From an uncultured Candidatus Rokubacteria bacterium (GTDB lineage: Bacteria; Methylomirabilota; Methylomirabilia; Rokubacteriales; DASRDR01): 64,000 nucleotides of DNA. A program made the translations under genes and the position numbers. Where the stretch lies: positions 544,001-608,000 of the forward strand of contig CAWGVS010000012.1 in the NCBI GenBank assembly GCA_963826115.1, given 5' to 3'. Under the pieces are notes generated by a model. It saw only the letters and a list, made by a program, of their open reading frames with translations, searched no databases and was not told where the DNA came from. The first letter of the stretch is position 1, and the number at the start of each line of letters is the position of its first letter. Shown piece after piece: positions 63,101 to 64,000 of the stretch.

Positions 63101-64000
63101 TCTCCGCCTTTTCGGCGAGGATCTCGAGGACGCGTGTGCCCTCGGGCCCAACCTCACCGTCCGCGGGCGCGACGAGAGTGGCCCGCAGGAACGCGAGCTG
63201 GCGACGCTCCCAGACCGGCGCGCCCCGGACCAGACCAGCCCGTGGCGGCAGCGTCAGCTCGGACGTCGAGCCGGGTACCGGCGGTTGCGAGCGGGCTGAC
63301 GCTGCCTCGCTCCGCCTGAGCTCGAGCTTCTCGATGCGATACCGGAGCGTGCCGCGAGGGATCTGGAGGCGGACCGCCGCCCGCGCGATGTTCCAGTCCG
63401 TCTCGCGGAGCGCTTCGAGAAGGTGCTCCCGTTCGGCCGTGCCCATCGCGTCCCTGAAGGGCATCGGCTCACGCTCGCCGGGAGCGGTCACCCCATGTCC
63501 GGGCGTCACCGGCAGCCCCAGGGTGTTGGCGGTGATGAGCCGTGTCTCGCTGAGGAGAGCGACGCGCTCCATCAGGTTCGACAGCTCCCGCACATTGCCC
63601 GGCCAGGTATAGGCGAGGAGCGCGTCGCGAGCGTCGGCGGTGAGGGTCTTCGACCCGAGGCCGTAGTCAGCGCACGCTCGCCCGAGGAAGTGCTCAGCCA
63701 GGAGGAGGATGTCCGACGCCCGCTCGGCGAGCGAGGGGAGCCGCACGGTGACGACGGCGAGCCGGTGATAGAGGTCCTCGCGGAATCGGCGGGCGCGGAC
63801 CGCGTCACCGAGGTCCTCGCTGGTCGCGGCGACGAGCGCGACGTCGGCTGGCTCGCTCTGTGTGCTACCGAGCCGGCGCACCGCCTGGTCCTCGAGGACC
63901 TTCAGGAACTTCGCCTGGACTCGCTCGGGCAGCAGGCCCACCTCGTCCAGGAAGAGCGTGCCGCCGTGCGCCGTCTGGAAGAGACCCGCTTTGGGCTGGC
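60183..64000 (-). CDS. sigma54-dependent activator fused to cyclase-like, AAA ATPase and TPR domains (5' end outside window)
   Basis: GGTLFLDEVG, FREDLYHRL, WPGNVREL and Fis HTH; then GEPGVGKSR, EDLQW, GNPFFLEE, FKH and TPRs. Confidence 0.9.
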   Translation of the reverse strand, partial: QPKAGLFQTAHGGTLFLDEVGLLPERVQAKFLKVLEDQAVRRLGSTQSEPADVALVAATSEDLGDAVRARRFREDLYHRLAVVTVRLPSLAERASDILLLAEHFLGRACADYGLGSKTLTADARDALLAYTWPGNVRELSNLMERVALLSETRLITANTLGLPVTPGHGVTAPGEREPMPFRDAMGTAEREHLLEALRETDWNIARAAVRLQIPRGTLRYRIEKLELRRSEAASARSQPPVPGSTSELTLPPRAGLVRGAPVWERRQLAFLRATLVAPADGEVGPEGTRVLEILAEKAESFGGRVEGLGPLSVVAAFGLESVEDAPRRAAHAAIAMRKAAERARRATSQDVGTRIAIHATRGLVGHTGEGMLIDVAATSQAYAALETLIAAAEPGAITVSTAAARMLERRFELVPLNSSDSEGYWLEGFERAGLAPRGPMTPLVGRDLELELLRRALERAASGHGQVVAIIGEPGVGKSRLVWEVMQAHRGQGWLVLHATALSYGQATPYLPVIEFLKAYFRIEDRDDPPTIREKVTGRLLALDPALGPSLSALLALLDVPVDDKPWQALDPSQRRQRTFEAVKRLEFREAQAQPLLLVLEDLQWVDSETQALLDGLVESLPTARLCLLIDYRPEYQHVWGNKAAYSQLRLDSLPPESAQALLDSLLGHDPGLQRLKALLIERTEGNPFFLEETVHTLAETGALVGERGAHRLARPIDAIEVPATVQAVLAARIDRLPAETRRLLEAASVIGKDAPLALLQALIELPEDALRDGLAALQGAELLYETRLTPDVEYTFKHSLTRDVAYDGVLSDRRRGLHARIVEAIERLYPERLAEQVERLADHALRGEVWEKAVIYLHQAGAKALARSAYREAVRRLEQARSTLAHVPENQKTIEQAIDVRLDLRNALWSLAETSQVFGILREADALARVIDDRRRLGWVSAHLTNSFLRYGQPDRAVESGRQALTIAREVSDFGLQIVTTAFLGHALRVLGQYPEAMALLRGNLQALHGDRLSERFGQPYSPSVSCCNWLAWCHTERGEFTEALAVGDEGIRIAELAAHPFSVAISLFSSGYVRVRRGDVQQAIPLLERGVATCQAWQIESQLPALLAALGYAYALDGRGDEALPLLEPGSKAPLVHRALFTAFLGEAHLLAGHPEEALSIARQALALTRDRKERGHEAWALRLLGDIHAHCDPPEVEIAEKHYQESLALAEELGMRPLVAHCYFGLGMLAGRDHGKARKHRTTATAMYREMGMDFWLKKAEAALDGIG

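Overview
A very GC-rich bacterial window. The gene repertoire suggests Candidatus Rokubacteria/Methylomirabilota, which is inference only. The left ~24 kb is core-like: a tungstate/molybdate uptake operon (regulator-tupA-modA), typA, a tRNA-Leu(TAG)-tig-clpP-clpX-rsmI-tatC-DEAD helicase cluster, a DUF748-Ku-hemerythrin block with twin sigma54-like promoters, and rtcB. From ~24.5 kb onward the window is a patchwork of accessory genes and short decayed gene relics. The main hidden structure is a tandem array of four 47-nt tRNA-Lys(CTT) 3' halves (37.4, 49.9, 54.1 and 55.7 kb). Each is followed 104-108 bp away by a pair of 11-bp-period direct repeats, and a fifth, core-less arm lies at 45.9 kb. 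These look like attR-type sites delimiting stacked cargo islets, none of which encodes an integrase within the window. A similar geometry appears around a cupin gene, whose two displaced 3' copies bracket a sigma54 / response-regulator-AraC / 717-aa repeat-protein module with readable operator sites.
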